This document shows, piece after piece, positions 38,598 to 48,646 of a stretch of DNA of 64,000 nucleotides. Both the position numbers and the translations under genes were made by a program. The stretch lies in contig JACQID010000004.1 in NCBI GenBank assembly GCA_016198685.1, forward strand, positions 192,001 through 256,000, in the 5' to 3' direction. Positions within the stretch are counted from its first letter, which is position 1; each line of letters starts with the position of its first letter. The notes under the pieces are model-generated. The model did no database searches and was not told the DNA's origin. It saw nothing but the letters and a program-made list of their open reading frames with translations. This DNA comes from Candidatus Aenigmatarchaeota archaeon (lineage in GTDB: Archaea > Aenigmatarchaeota > Aenigmatarchaeia > GW2011-AR5).

Positions 38598-39791
38598 TTA
38601 TCTGCTGGTCACTATTTCGACAACATCGCCGGATTTCAATGCATGTTCCTTTCCTACTACCATTCTTGTCTTGACGTCTATGGCGCGGATGAAGGCCTTG
38701 CCTATATCCGTGTGTATTTTGTATGCAAAATCAAGCGCTGTAGATTTTGGCGGAAGAAGGAAGCAGTCGGGAAGAACATTGCCCTCCCTGTCCTGAAGCT
38801 TGTTGAGTCCGCCGGGGAATATATACATATATTGCAGCATCCCGAACACGGCTTCATTAAGCACGTCCTGAACTCCTGTCGTTCCGTATTTCTCAAGAAC
38901 GTTCTTTCTTATGAATTCAAGTGCCGCTTTCTGCTTTTCATTCATAGATTCGGGCTTCCTTAGGACAAAGTCATTTTCACCTGGTATGTAATTTATCATC
39001 TCAAGCCTGTGCGCTTCTCTCAAGGCCAGCTCAGACTCCGCCGAGCATGGTATTATTTTTAGGTGCGGGAACTGTTCCTTCAGCCTTAGAAGATTTTTTT
39101 CAGCGTCTCCCTTGTCCATCTTGTTCGCGGCAATTATCATGGGCTTTGTCTTCTTTCTAAGATAGCTGGAAAGCGCAAGCATCTGTTCGTCAGTCCATAA
39201 CGACACGTTTTCGGTGTCAAGCCTCAGTGCGGTGACGGCTTCGTTCATAAGCTCTTCCTTGACGCTGAATGCCGACATTTGCTCTGCAAGCTCTTTTGCA
39301 ATCTCCTTTTCGCCGTGCTGTAATGTGCGGGAAAACTTGGCCCAACCCTTCTTGAGTATGCCAAGATACCAGTAGTCGAGTTCTTCTTCAAGAAATTTCA
39401 CGTCTTCCGCAGGATCATAGCGTTGCGTGCGCTCGCCTTTCTCGTTTGTTGTGCCGGAAGCATCTATGACATGTATGAGAACATCAGCCTGGTTCAAGTC
39501 ATTAAGGAACTGGTTGCCCATGCCTTTGCCTTCGTGCGCGCCTGGAACAAGGCCGGCAACGTCTATCATGTCTATAGGCACAAACCGCGTGCCGCTTATG
39601 CAGTATCCGTAGCGCGGATTGCACTTGACGTTGAAATGTTTTTCAGCGCATGTGACTTTGACAAAGCCAACGCTGTGATTGGGTTCGATCGTTGCGAAAG
39701 GATAATCCGCTATTTTAACTTCGGCAAGAGTAGATGCCTTGAAGAAAGTGCTCTTCCCTACGTTTGGCTTTCCTACAACCCCGACTAACAT
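38598..39791 (-). CDS. ychF: OBG-family ATPase/GTPase YchF with TGS domain
   Basis: [31 protein letters not shown] tail. Confidence 0.95.
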   Translation of the reverse strand: MLVGVVGKPNVGKSTFFKASTLAEVKIADYPFATIEPNHSVGFVKVTCAEKHFNVKCNPRYGYCISGTRFVPIDMIDVAGLVPGAHEGKGMGNQFLNDLNQADVLIHVIDASGTTNEKGERTQRYDPAEDVKFLEEELDYWYLGILKKGWAKFSRTLQHGEKEIAKELAEQMSAFSVKEELMNEAVTALRLDTENVSLWTDEQMLALSSYLRKKTKPMIIAANKMDKGDAEKNLLRLKEQFPHLKIIPCSAESELALREAHRLEMINYIPGENDFVLRKPESMNEKQKAALEFIRKNVLEKYGTTGVQDVLNEAVFGMLQYMYIFPGGLNKLQDREGNVLPDCFLLPPKSTALDFAYKIHTDIGKAFIRAIDVKTRMVVGKEHALKSGDVVEIVTSR

Positions 39792-39840
39792 GACTACAGA
39801 CTCTTTGGATATTTTAAATAGGTTGTATGCGCAGGATTTT

Positions 39841-40341
39841 TCAGATATTATCCAGTTCCGCCATATTTTTTATGATATCACTGAAAGCAGAAGGCGGTTC
39901 CTTGATAGAAGGAAGGATATTAAAATAATACGCAAGTTCTGTGACGGCATTGGGATTCTTGGAGGGGGATAGTATTCCGAAATGGCCTTCTTCATCCAAT
40001 ATCGCCAGCCTTTCATCCTTGTTATTATATACAATCCTAAGGGTCATGTTCCCGTTTTCCGTGTAAATGCCGACTTCGGTTATTTCATAATTCGGCGGAA
40101 GCTGGCGCCATGCTTTGCCTATATCAGTGCCATTGTGGCGCTTATCTAAAAACAGCATATACCACGGATCCCTGTGAAGTTCATCGATATTGCCATCTGC
40201 GGGAACATAGAGCCCGCAGGCATGCGGCACGTAATTGTGGCTTTTTGCTATACGATAAGCCGTGGGACTCATGCCGGCCTTTGCCATTTCTGTTAAAACT
40301 CGGCTTTTATTATTGTCCAAATCCTCGACCAATTTTAGCAT
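39841..40341 (-). CDS. Hypothetical protein
   Basis: 166-aa ORF, no motif. Confidence 0.55.
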   Translation of the reverse strand: MLKLVEDLDNNKSRVLTEMAKAGMSPTAYRIAKSHNYVPHACGLYVPADGNIDELHRDPWYMLFLDKRHNGTDIGKAWRQLPPNYEITEVGIYTENGNMTLRIVYNNKDERLAILDEEGHFGILSPSKNPNAVTELAYYFNILPSIKEPPSAFSDIIKNMAELDNI

Positions 40342-40374
40342 TTATCATTATGCCTGCTGAATATAATAAAGCTT

Positions 40375-42930
40375 TTATCTTATTTTTTCTAAGCCTAAAA
40401 AGTAATCCACGATCGCCTTCTTGTTTGCATGGAGCCATTTGGCAGAGCGTTTGAGACGTTCAAATGCCCTGTCCGTTACTGCCTTGTATTTTACGGGATG
40501 CGATGCAAAGAAATCCCGGAGATGCTGTTCTTGTGTCACATGGGCATTGATGAAATATTCTATTATGTTAAGAAACACGGGGCCGGATTTGCTGTATTTT
40601 TCTATAGAAGCCCAATTTTTCTCCATCCATGCAATAAGTATTGTTCTTGAAGACGGATTCGCGGCAAGGGATGCAAATACCGCAGGCAAGTCCTGAATTC
40701 GTGCCTTTCCAGAAACTGAAAAATCCAACAATTTATTCAAGAGTTTCGGATCTGTAAACTGGCCCATCGCAAGCAGTGCGTTTGATCTTTCTTCCGGATT
40801 CCGGGTTTCTTGGCATATATGCATCATGGCATTATGCCTCTGTTCGCCGCCGGCTAGAGCCGCTGCATACATGGCAGGATAGCGAAGGTCCGGGGGAATT
40901 GACGAAATACTGGCCGCATTCCTGTCGAACATTTCAACTGCTTTCTTCATTGTGCCTTCATCTTTGACAAAAATCAGGTATCGTATTGCAAGTTCGCGCA
41001 TTAAAGCATCTTCTTGCGGCTCGTTTCTTCGTGCGTTCCATGTAAGTTTCTCCAAATTTCTTCTGTAAGGCTCCATATAGTGCTTGGAGAATCCGTGCCA
41101 TGCCTTTTTCCATTCAGGTTCTTCTGAAAAGACCGAATGTATGCTGCGCATGTTGGCAGATATGCTTCCGAGTATCAGGTATGTATCTTCATTTCCGTAT
41201 GATCCCAAGATTTCAAGGTATTCCTTCAACGGCATCATGCCGTTAAGCGAGAGCCTGAAAATATCATCTTGTAAACCCCAGCGGTCTAGCGGATCTAATT
41301 GCTTGTTTTGGACAAGCATCATCATCTTGGCAGAGTTTTCCTTGTCATAGCTGACCCTGTAAAATCCTGTTTGGCCGTAGTTGGCTTTGAACCATCCTGC
41401 GCTGTCGAGATTCATTTCTACGGTTTTGTTGCTTATCATATGCCTTACTGGAGCTTTCAGCCCCTCTGCCATGACTATAAGCGGTATCTTCCATGTCGTT
41501 GCGCCGTCCTTGCCGCCGAATACAAAACGTTTCTGCATGACGTGGAGCTTGCCTCTTTTCATCGATGCCTCAACCATCGGGTAGCCTGCCTGCTTTATCC
41601 AGCTTATTACGATATCCTTGGCCGGTTTCTCCGAGACTGCCGCAAGCGAGTCCCAGAGATCCTCTGAAGATGCATTGCCGTATTTATGGGCCTCAAGATA
41701 TCTGCTGACCCCTATTCTGAATGCATCATGCCCCAAATAATCCTCTATCATCCTCAGTATGTTGCCGCCTTTGGCATAACTTATTGCATCAAAAAGCTGT
41801 TCGATTTCGTGAACATTCTTTACATTCGCTTCTATAGGATGAGTTGTCTTGAGAGAATCATCGTCCAGTGCCCTCACAGTTTCAAGCCTGAGAAAATCTT
41901 CCCACATGTTCCATTCGGGGAACATATGATCGACTGCCTTGTATGCCATGAAAGTGGCAAAGCTCTCGTTAAGCCACAGATCATTCCACCATTTCATGGT
42001 CACAAGATCTCCTGACCACTGATGCCAGAGCTCGTGCGCAACTATCATGGCTATGAATTTCTTGGTTGATGTCGAAGTTTTCTTTTCATCGTACAGAAGG
42101 TATATTTCCCTGAATGTGACAGCGCCCCAATTCTCCATTGCACCGCTGGAGAAATCCGGCAATGCTATCATGTCGAGTTTCGGAAGAGGATACGGAATGC
42201 TGGAATATTTCTCAAAGTATAAAAGAGCTTTTTTGGCAACATCAAGCGCAAACTTAGCTCCACCTTTCTTGTTGCCTACTGTCGCAACACGTATTAGGGT
42301 GTTATCAGCCCTGGTTTCTTCGAAGTCAAACTCCCCGATACCAAGATAAAGAAGGTATGTGGACATTACCGGCGTTTTTTGGAACAAAATTATCTTCTTT
42401 TCGTTTTCAAGCGTCTCCTTTTTTGCAGGCATATTGGATATACCCGTGAACTTTTTTCCCATCTTCAGCGTCACATCAAAACTTGCCTTATAATTTGGCT
42501 CGTCAAAGCAGGGGAACGCGCGTCTCGCATAAGGCGCCTCAAAATGCGTTGTCGCAGCGTATCTTAATGATCCATCCGGCATCACTACCTTGGTTCTGTA
42601 GAATCCGACCAGGCTATCGTTTAATTTTCCCCTGAATTCCAGCAGGATTTCGGCTTTGCCTCTTATTTTTTCAGGCAATTTAAGAATCAATATCTGGTTT
42701 TCCGGCTGCATTTCAACGCGTGCAGGAAGTATTTTGTTGTTCACTAATATGGCGGCTGTTGTTATTTTCAGATCCAGCGCATTAAGAATTATGGCTTTTG
42801 CGGGAGCAGATATGTCTATTGCTATTCTCTCCTTTCCGGAAAAGGAGAAATTTTCCATATCAACGTCAAAGATCATATCGTAATTGGACGGTTGAACAGT
42901 ATCCGGAAGCCTGTGCATTATTTTAGGCAT
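40375..42930 (-). CDS. M1 aminopeptidase, tricorn-interacting-factor/PepN-like (ORF track start 43005)
   Basis: GAMENWG, HELWHQW-x18-E, ARRAFPCFDEP. Confidence 0.95.
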   Translation of the reverse strand: MPKIMHRLPDTVQPSNYDMIFDVDMENFSFSGKERIAIDISAPAKAIILNALDLKITTAAILVNNKILPARVEMQPENQILILKLPEKIRGKAEILLEFRGKLNDSLVGFYRTKVVMPDGSLRYAATTHFEAPYARRAFPCFDEPNYKASFDVTLKMGKKFTGISNMPAKKETLENEKKIILFQKTPVMSTYLLYLGIGEFDFEETRADNTLIRVATVGNKKGGAKFALDVAKKALLYFEKYSSIPYPLPKLDMIALPDFSSGAMENWGAVTFREIYLLYDEKKTSTSTKKFIAMIVAHELWHQWSGDLVTMKWWNDLWLNESFATFMAYKAVDHMFPEWNMWEDFLRLETVRALDDDSLKTTHPIEANVKNVHEIEQLFDAISYAKGGNILRMIEDYLGHDAFRIGVSRYLEAHKYGNASSEDLWDSLAAVSEKPAKDIVISWIKQAGYPMVEASMKRGKLHVMQKRFVFGGKDGATTWKIPLIVMAEGLKAPVRHMISNKTVEMNLDSAGWFKANYGQTGFYRVSYDKENSAKMMMLVQNKQLDPLDRWGLQDDIFRLSLNGMMPLKEYLEILGSYGNEDTYLILGSISANMRSIHSVFSEEPEWKKAWHGFSKHYMEPYRRNLEKLTWNARRNEPQEDALMRELAIRYLIFVKDEGTMKKAVEMFDRNAASISSIPPDLRYPAMYAAALAGGEQRHNAMMHICQETRNPEERSNALLAMGQFTDPKLLNKLLDFSVSGKARIQDLPAVFASLAANPSSRTILIAWMEKNWASIEKYSKSGPVFLNIIEYFINAHVTQEQHLRDFFASHPVKYKAVTDRAFERLKRSAKWLHANKKAIVDYFLGLEKIR

Positions 42931-43035
42931 TCTATGATATTGTTCTTTTGAGCATAAGAATGCAGGAATTACGAGACTCCTGTGCCAGTCTTCGCAATCA
43001 TGCAATATTAGAGGTTTAACGCCATTATAATTACC

Positions 43036-43671
43036 ATGAAGATAGGAATTCTAGGTTCCGGCGTTGTTGGCCAAACACTGGGAATCGGGCTTATGGGCCA
43101 AGGGCATGAAGTTACTATAGGAACTAGAGACTCTGGAAAACTGAACGAATGGCTTTTGAAAGCCGGCAGTAAAGCTTCTGTAGGTTCATTTTACGATGCG
43201 GCAAAGTTCGGGGAAGTTATATTCATAGCTACAGTATGGACAGGCACCGAAAATGCCATTAATCTTGCAGGGAAAGAAAACTTTGCAGGTAAGATAGTCG
43301 TAGACGTCACTAATCCTCTGGATTTTTCAAAAGGCACTCCTGCCCCTGCAGTCTCTTATCCTCTTTCGGCATCCGAACAAATACAGAACTGGCTTCCGGC
43401 CGCAAAGGTTGTTAAAGCATTCAACATAGTGCCTGCGCATGTTCAGGTAACCCCGAAATCCCTGGGCGATGCCGATCTTTTCATTGCAGGAAACCACAAA
43501 GACGCCAAGGAATTTGTGCGTGAAACCGCAAAACGCTGGGGCTGGTCAGATGTCATAGACATGGGCGACATCAAAGCTGCATATTGGGTAGAGATGCTCG
43601 GCTTGGCAGTAATAAATTACGGCTTCAAGCACAACGATTGGAATTTCGCACTGAAGCTCTTGAGGAAATGA
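43036..43671 (+). CDS. NADP oxidoreductase, F420-dependent (Fno) family
   Basis: IGILGSG.VG, VDVTNPL, VVKAFN, D.G. Confidence 0.85.
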   Translation: MKIGILGSGVVGQTLGIGLMGQGHEVTIGTRDSGKLNEWLLKAGSKASVGSFYDAAKFGEVIFIATVWTGTENAINLAGKENFAGKIVVDVTNPLDFSKGTPAPAVSYPLSASEQIQNWLPAAKVVKAFNIVPAHVQVTPKSLGDADLFIAGNHKDAKEFVRETAKRWGWSDVIDMGDIKAAYWVEMLGLAVINYGFKHNDWNFALKLLRK

Positions 43672-43681
43672 TATGATTCTA

Positions 43682-46249
43682 TTATCTTTCCGGAATTAAA
43701 TGAAGAAGATTCAGGCGCCTAAATTCTTGATATAACTCATTATCACTTTTTCTCAACTCGCGTCTGGTTGCATTAGTGTGGTTCATAAGAAGCCGCAAAA
43801 GTAAATCTTCCACTACAGCCTTGGGCTCATAAAGTGTCATATTCCTTGGCATTGTTATGGTGATATATTCATTTCCATCGATAGTTGTTGCAGGTAGGCT
43901 CTCTAGAATCGTTTTCATATTTGTTCTTAAGTTAGTAAAAAGATAACGGGACACAGTATCCTGCAGGTCATCTAATCCGCTTTCGTGCTGGAAAGCGAAT
44001 TGCGTGCAGATCTCATGATTTGTTTGGCCATCTATGGATGCATCGGGCTTTCTTTTGCCCCTTTTTGATTCCATCACATTTCTATCTACGTTAAATTCGA
44101 AGTATTCTTTAGGTATTTCAAGGACCGGGTCGGTATATTTTCTAGAGGTGATTACGTAGACAGAGAATTTGCTGTCCTTAGGCTCTGTAGCCATTACCTT
44201 TCCTGACAGTTCCGGTATCACTTCAAATCCCGCAAGTTTCATTCCGGCGTATAACTTGTCTAAATCGAGGTCAAGGTAAGCCGGAAGCGCTTGTATATTG
44301 AATGCACGTTTTCTTGATACGCGATTCTGCTCCTTTATCGACATCTCCCTTTCCCTTATTATGCGTCCGGTCATGTCCGTTCTTTCCAGTTCCGTATGGT
44401 TCAAACCCAGAGAGCACAAAACAAGATCGAACTCGTCATTTGTAAAGGGAAGTGCATGCAAATAGCCCTTGTGATATTCATTATCAGGATGGGCGCCCAT
44501 GATTTTTGCCTTTTCAAAATTGGCAATATTTATGTCAAGACTTACCGTAGGTATTCCCATCGCCATTGAGAGGATGGCGGGTCCGGAGGGGGCATCAAGT
44601 ATTCTTGATATCTTCTCGCCGCTTCCTTGCAAGCCTTCAATTATTCTCTTGTATACTTGTGCAGTTTTTCCAGAGTAAGACATAGGCCAATTATGCATAT
44701 AATAATCTGCAAAATCCGAGGCTGTCCTGCCGTCATTAGCATAGATCAACCTTTCGTTGGATTCAGCGCTTCTACCGGCCATCACAGTCAATATCCTTCT
44801 TACGTGCTGGGCGGGCGTATAAATCACGTCAAGTATAGGTCGTTTTGTATGAACGGGCGAATCTGACACCAGTTTGCCGTCCTCAAGCTTTACCCTTCCG
44901 CCCCTCATGGCAATATCTATAATTCTCTTCTTATCTGACACAAGATGATTTATGCCTGCATCGATGGAGCCTCTGGGATGCATAGGGTAATTGACAACGA
45001 GTTGCGTGATGCGTACCGGCTTTTCCTGACCTCTTCTGTCTATCCTTTTTGTCATTTGATATAGCGGGCCATAACTATATGGAAGATCGAGAAGGAATTC
45101 CTGCGATGCTGCAACCAGTGGAAGCGACTCGCCCATGGTATGCGGATTCGATATCAAGACACAATGCTCCGGGGAATTTTCAAAAAGATGCCTCACAATC
45201 TCGCGTTCGCTTTCTTTGCCCATCCGACCAGTCGGTACGCTGCCGTCTATCCTTAGCGCCTTGTGCTTCTTGTAACGTTCTTCGAGTTTCCGTGTGACAC
45301 CGTTCACAAATCTTGAAGAAAATACAACGCATTTTTCCCCATTTGCTATCGCGTTGCCTACAAGGCGGTCAAGCTCAAGGTATTTCGATGATTCTATATC
45401 GTTTAATTTTTCGCGTAGTACCGGATCTGTTATCATGTCTGGCTCTACAAGAGACGGGTCCAGCGAAGCCTTCCTAAGTTGGTCAAGCTTTTCGGTAGGT
45501 GATATGTCTTCATAGGCAAGAACTGCAGCATAGACTGCTGCATGATCTGGATTCATTTCCACAAAGCAGGTGCTTATCTCAGGTAATTCGACATCACCTC
45601 TCCTCAGCATTTTCCTGTTCAGGACGCTTCCGAGAACAAGAGGATTTTTTTGATATGCTCTTGCCACATGCCATGGCGTTGGGTAATTTTCAGGCTCAAG
45701 CATGCTTATGAGGTTGAACATATCGGACATGCCGTCCGGCACAGGAGTTGCGGTAAGCAGTGCAAGATATTTCGCCCTGTCCGTTAACCTTCTCATATTA
45801 TACCGGTGCGTCTTGGGGTCTCCTGTATGATGCTCCTCATCAACAATAACATAGTCGGGCTTGAAGTTTTCAAGCGCCTGAGTTACTTTATCCCGCGTAG
45901 TCTTGACGCCAAAAACGTCATGATTGACTATGATGGCATCCGAGTCCAAAACGACCCTATCAAGAGATCGTGTGCCATAGTCATTCAGAAGCGTGGTCCT
46001 TAGCCGAGGATAATTGGTGCCCAGTTGTGACTTCCAGTATTCAAGGCCAGAATTTGGCACTACAGCTAGAGTCTTAGGCATACGGCCCGTGCCTATCTCA
46101 ATGAGCCTGATAGCGCCTATGGCTTGCTGTGTCTTCCCAAAGCCGCCGCCGTCTGCTATGAGTATTCTGCCTTCATCATATATCTTGAAAGAGCCGTACT
46201 CCTGCTGTATATTGGGCCTTATGACCGAGACTTCCCTGTAAGTTGTCAT
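43682..46249 (-). CDS. Divergent SNF2-family helicase/ATPase fused to a class I SAM-methyltransferase-like domain
   Basis: ADGGGFGKT, IVDEEHH, LTATP, S..RIDG, R.DRRGQ; then ILDAPSGPA..SLDIN..LPF....FDLVLCS. Confidence 0.8.
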   Translation of the reverse strand: MTTYREVSVIRPNIQQEYGSFKIYDEGRILIADGGGFGKTQQAIGAIRLIEIGTGRMPKTLAVVPNSGLEYWKSQLGTNYPRLRTTLLNDYGTRSLDRVVLDSDAIIVNHDVFGVKTTRDKVTQALENFKPDYVIVDEEHHTGDPKTHRYNMRRLTDRAKYLALLTATPVPDGMSDMFNLISMLEPENYPTPWHVARAYQKNPLVLGSVLNRKMLRRGDVELPEISTCFVEMNPDHAAVYAAVLAYEDISPTEKLDQLRKASLDPSLVEPDMITDPVLREKLNDIESSKYLELDRLVGNAIANGEKCVVFSSRFVNGVTRKLEERYKKHKALRIDGSVPTGRMGKESEREIVRHLFENSPEHCVLISNPHTMGESLPLVAASQEFLLDLPYSYGPLYQMTKRIDRRGQEKPVRITQLVVNYPMHPRGSIDAGINHLVSDKKRIIDIAMRGGRVKLEDGKLVSDSPVHTKRPILDVIYTPAQHVRRILTVMAGRSAESNERLIYANDGRTASDFADYYMHNWPMSYSGKTAQVYKRIIEGLQGSGEKISRILDAPSGPAILSMAMGIPTVSLDINIANFEKAKIMGAHPDNEYHKGYLHALPFTNDEFDLVLCSLGLNHTELERTDMTGRIIREREMSIKEQNRVSRKRAFNIQALPAYLDLDLDKLYAGMKLAGFEVIPELSGKVMATEPKDSKFSVYVITSRKYTDPVLEIPKEYFEFNVDRNVMESKRGKRKPDASIDGQTNHEICTQFAFQHESGLDDLQDTVSRYLFTNLRTNMKTILESLPATTIDGNEYITITMPRNMTLYEPKAVVEDLLLRLLMNHTNATRRELRKSDNELYQEFRRLNLLHLIPER

Positions 46250-47943
46250 GCCATAGCCTCCTTTTCAGGCATTAATTTCCTGGCTTTCCTTGTGAGCGTT
46301 AAGAATCTCTGGAATTCGTCATAAAGGGTTCCGTGAAGCCATTTCAAGGGTTCGTTACCTTCTGCGATAGCTTTTTCCTTTATCAAGCCGAGCAGGGTTT
46401 CTTCATCCTCATGCGAGGGATATTCATCATTTCGGAGCAGAGACATGTAATAATCCCTTCCTATCTTGAGGAAGCCTTCGCGGAGCATCTTATCGTTGTT
46501 TATTATTGGCATAGGTATGCTCCCTATAACGTCGCCGCCAAAGCCGGACAGGTCCGGTCTTTTGAATCTGCCTATGTAAGGACCCAATGAGGGCAGATAT
46601 TCATATGCCACCTCTTCGTCGACTATGCCAGGATAATAAAGGGCCAGAATCCTCGCGGCAAGCATGTCTATCATGCCACCTGCTGTGCTTCCATGGTAGA
46701 ATAATGACACAACCCTTTGCGCATCTTCATGCGTCTCGACAAACTCCCTGAAGGATGGGGCGTCGTTAATTTTAACGACGGAATTTATACCTCTGCCATT
46801 ATCAAAATTAAAGTTATGCGCTTCTGCTGGTGTCATCGGTGTTATTCCAGCTCTTAATAACCAACGTCTTGCACGAGTATTCTTAATTCCTAAGTATTTT
46901 CCAAGATAATTCGCACTTCTGTAACCAGGATTTTGCTCAACAAGCTTCGCCAAATCCCCATCTGCAATCATTTTGACACCGGTTCTTATTTCATGAGACA
47001 ATAACAAAGCTTCTTGTTGTGTCATCGGTGTTATTCCAGCTCTTAATAACATGCCTTTGGCGCCTGTAGGACTAATTCCCAAATATTTTGCAAGCATACT
47101 TTCACTCGCATATTCAGGGTTTTCTTTAACAATATCTACAAGTTCCTGATCAGTGAGCATTTTTACATCGGGCGAGAAGATAATATGTCTAGATTCAACT
47201 CTAGACATTGGTTCTATCCCAGCTTTTCTCAAATATCTTGCCGCTGCTCCATTACCAATATTTAAGTATGTACTTAGTATGAGAGCACTTCTATACTTAG
47301 GTTCCCGCTCTACAAGTGCTACTAACTCCTGACTTGTTAAAATTTTTACATTAGAGCCATTATATTTGACTAATTTACCTTCAGACAGATTCATAGGTTG
47401 TATGTTTGCAGCGTTCAAATAGTTTCTTGCAGTGCTAGGGCTTACACCTAAATAGCCAGCTAGAATAGTGGGGCTTCTCATGGCAGGATCGTCCTCAATG
47501 AGTTCTTTTAACGCCTCCTCGCTTGGCTTATTCTTATAATGTCCTCCAAGATGCTGTACCAACTTGGCCTCGCTGATAGTCATTGTTTTTATGCCAGCAA
47601 GCAATAGATATCTTGTTGCGGCAGCAGGACTTACACCCAAATGTTTAGATAAAATACTAGGACTTCTCATGGCAGGATCGTCCTCAATGAGTTCTTTTAA
47701 CGCCTCCTCGCTTGGCTTATTCTTATAAGGTTGTTTAAAATGTTGAACCAATTTTCCTTCAGTAATATTCATTGGCTCTATGCCTGCAGATAACAAATAT
47801 TCTCTAGCAGCACTTCTACTCATATTCAAATATGTTGCAAGTGAAGTGCTGCTTCTATACTCAGGATGGTTTTGTACCAGCATTCGCAACGCTTCATTAC
47901 TAATTCTGGTTTTATAAGATGGCATACTTTCATCCTTAACCAA
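46246..47943 (-). CDS. Protein with six tandem ~63-aa HTH-like repeats and a C-terminal helical domain
   Basis: Repeat consensus L..L(V/I)...P.YRS...L..YLG(V/I)S...A..YL..AGI.PM. Confidence 0.85.
   Translation of the reverse strand: MVKDESMPSYKTRISNEALRMLVQNHPEYRSSTSLATYLNMSRSAAREYLLSAGIEPMNITEGKLVQHFKQPYKNKPSEEALKELIEDDPAMRSPSILSKHLGVSPAAATRYLLLAGIKTMTISEAKLVQHLGGHYKNKPSEEALKELIEDDPAMRSPTILAGYLGVSPSTARNYLNAANIQPMNLSEGKLVKYNGSNVKILTSQELVALVEREPKYRSALILSTYLNIGNGAAARYLRKAGIEPMSRVESRHIIFSPDVKMLTDQELVDIVKENPEYASESMLAKYLGISPTGAKGMLLRAGITPMTQQEALLLSHEIRTGVKMIADGDLAKLVEQNPGYRSANYLGKYLGIKNTRARRWLLRAGITPMTPAEAHNFNFDNGRGINSVVKINDAPSFREFVETHEDAQRVVSLFYHGSTAGGMIDMLAARILALYYPGIVDEEVAYEYLPSLGPYIGRFKRPDLSGFGGDVIGSIPMPIINNDKMLREGFLKIGRDYYMSLLRNDEYPSHEDEETLLGLIKEKAIAEGNEPLKWLHGTLYDEFQRFLTLTRKARKLMPEKEAMA
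46831..47050. repeat. 31-bp exact direct repeat with 189-bp period (46831-46861 and 47020-47050)
   Basis: TGTCATCGGTGTTATTCCAGCTCTTAATAAC occurs twice and encodes repeats 5 and 6. Confidence 0.95.
47474..47728. repeat. 66-bp exact direct repeat with 189-bp period (47474-47539 and 47663-47728)
   Basis: CTTCTCATGGCAGGATCGTCC...TTCTTATAA occurs twice and encodes repeats 2 and 3. Confidence 0.95.
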
Positions 47944-48121
47944 TTAGGAAGGAAAGTATAAATACTTTACTATTTATAAGTAATAAATATTTAAGTTTCT
48001 AAATATACTAACGAATGGATGTATGAGTTCGTGACTTTCTATATATTGGGAGATACAAATATAGAAAGTATATGTTCTATTTACTATATTAATCACAATA
48101 AAAATGATATCAAAATTTTAA

Positions 48122-48194
48122 AGCCGCCTGAGGGGATCGAACCCCCGACCTGCAGTTTACAAAACTGCCGCTCTACCAGCTGAGCTAAGGCGGC
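48122..48194 (-). tRNA. tRNA-Thr(TGT), no intron
   Basis: 73-nt cloverleaf with GCAGT-TTTGTAA-ACTGC anticodon arm. Confidence 0.97.
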
Positions 48195-48226
48195 GCTTTT
48201 AGAAATAAGGAAAGAACTCTTTTAAT

Positions 48227-48646
48227 TCATATGTCCAGAAGCTTCAGGCCGGTTTCTGCGTCATATTTTCTCTCGACCTCGAATGGCAATACTTTCAGAA
48301 ATACTTCGAGCGTGCCTGCGGCAACCATTTCCATGACATGGCCGCCAAAGGCATGAAATTTCTCATCTGCTATCGTGGCATGGGCGTGAATTATCGGCCT
48401 GCCTTCGTGCATCGAAGAATTGCCTATGAGACCGGTAACTTCGAATTCGCCTTTGAACGTCTTGCGATGGTACTGCTTGTCTTTAAGGGAATAGAACGCA
48501 AGCTCCGCTTCCGTCACCGCACCTATTGCATCGAACTTGGAAAATTTTATCTTATTCTCGCCCAAAAAGTTAAGCAGAGTTTCCGCCAGCCTGTCGCCTT
48601 TCTCAAGTTTTATGAGATAAGAGTCCGATTTCTTTATGCACTTCAT
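48227..48646 (-). CDS. PPC/DUF296 domain protein (ORF track start 48706)
   Basis: AIGAV, FEV..L.GN, HAH, GGH. Confidence 0.92.
   Translation of the reverse strand: MKCIKKSDSYLIKLEKGDRLAETLLNFLGENKIKFSKFDAIGAVTEAELAFYSLKDKQYHRKTFKGEFEVTGLIGNSSMHEGRPIIHAHATIADEKFHAFGGHVMEMVAAGTLEVFLKVLPFEVERKYDAETGLKLLDI

Larger units (their letters stand above)
43682..48121. mobile_element. Small genomic island abutting the 3' end of tRNA-Thr(TGT)
   Basis: Two accessory genes plus an AT-rich spacer next to the tRNA; no integrase or att repeat seen. Confidence 0.4.

Noticed and set aside
38590-38605. Back-to-back stop codons of pepQ and ychF with no spacer
   Set aside because: Ordinary convergent packing in a compact genome
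46790-47910. Direct repeats as a CRISPR array or DGR template/variable pair
   Set aside because: The period is 189 bp, in frame inside one CDS; there is no reverse transcriptase and no adenine-specific mismatch pattern
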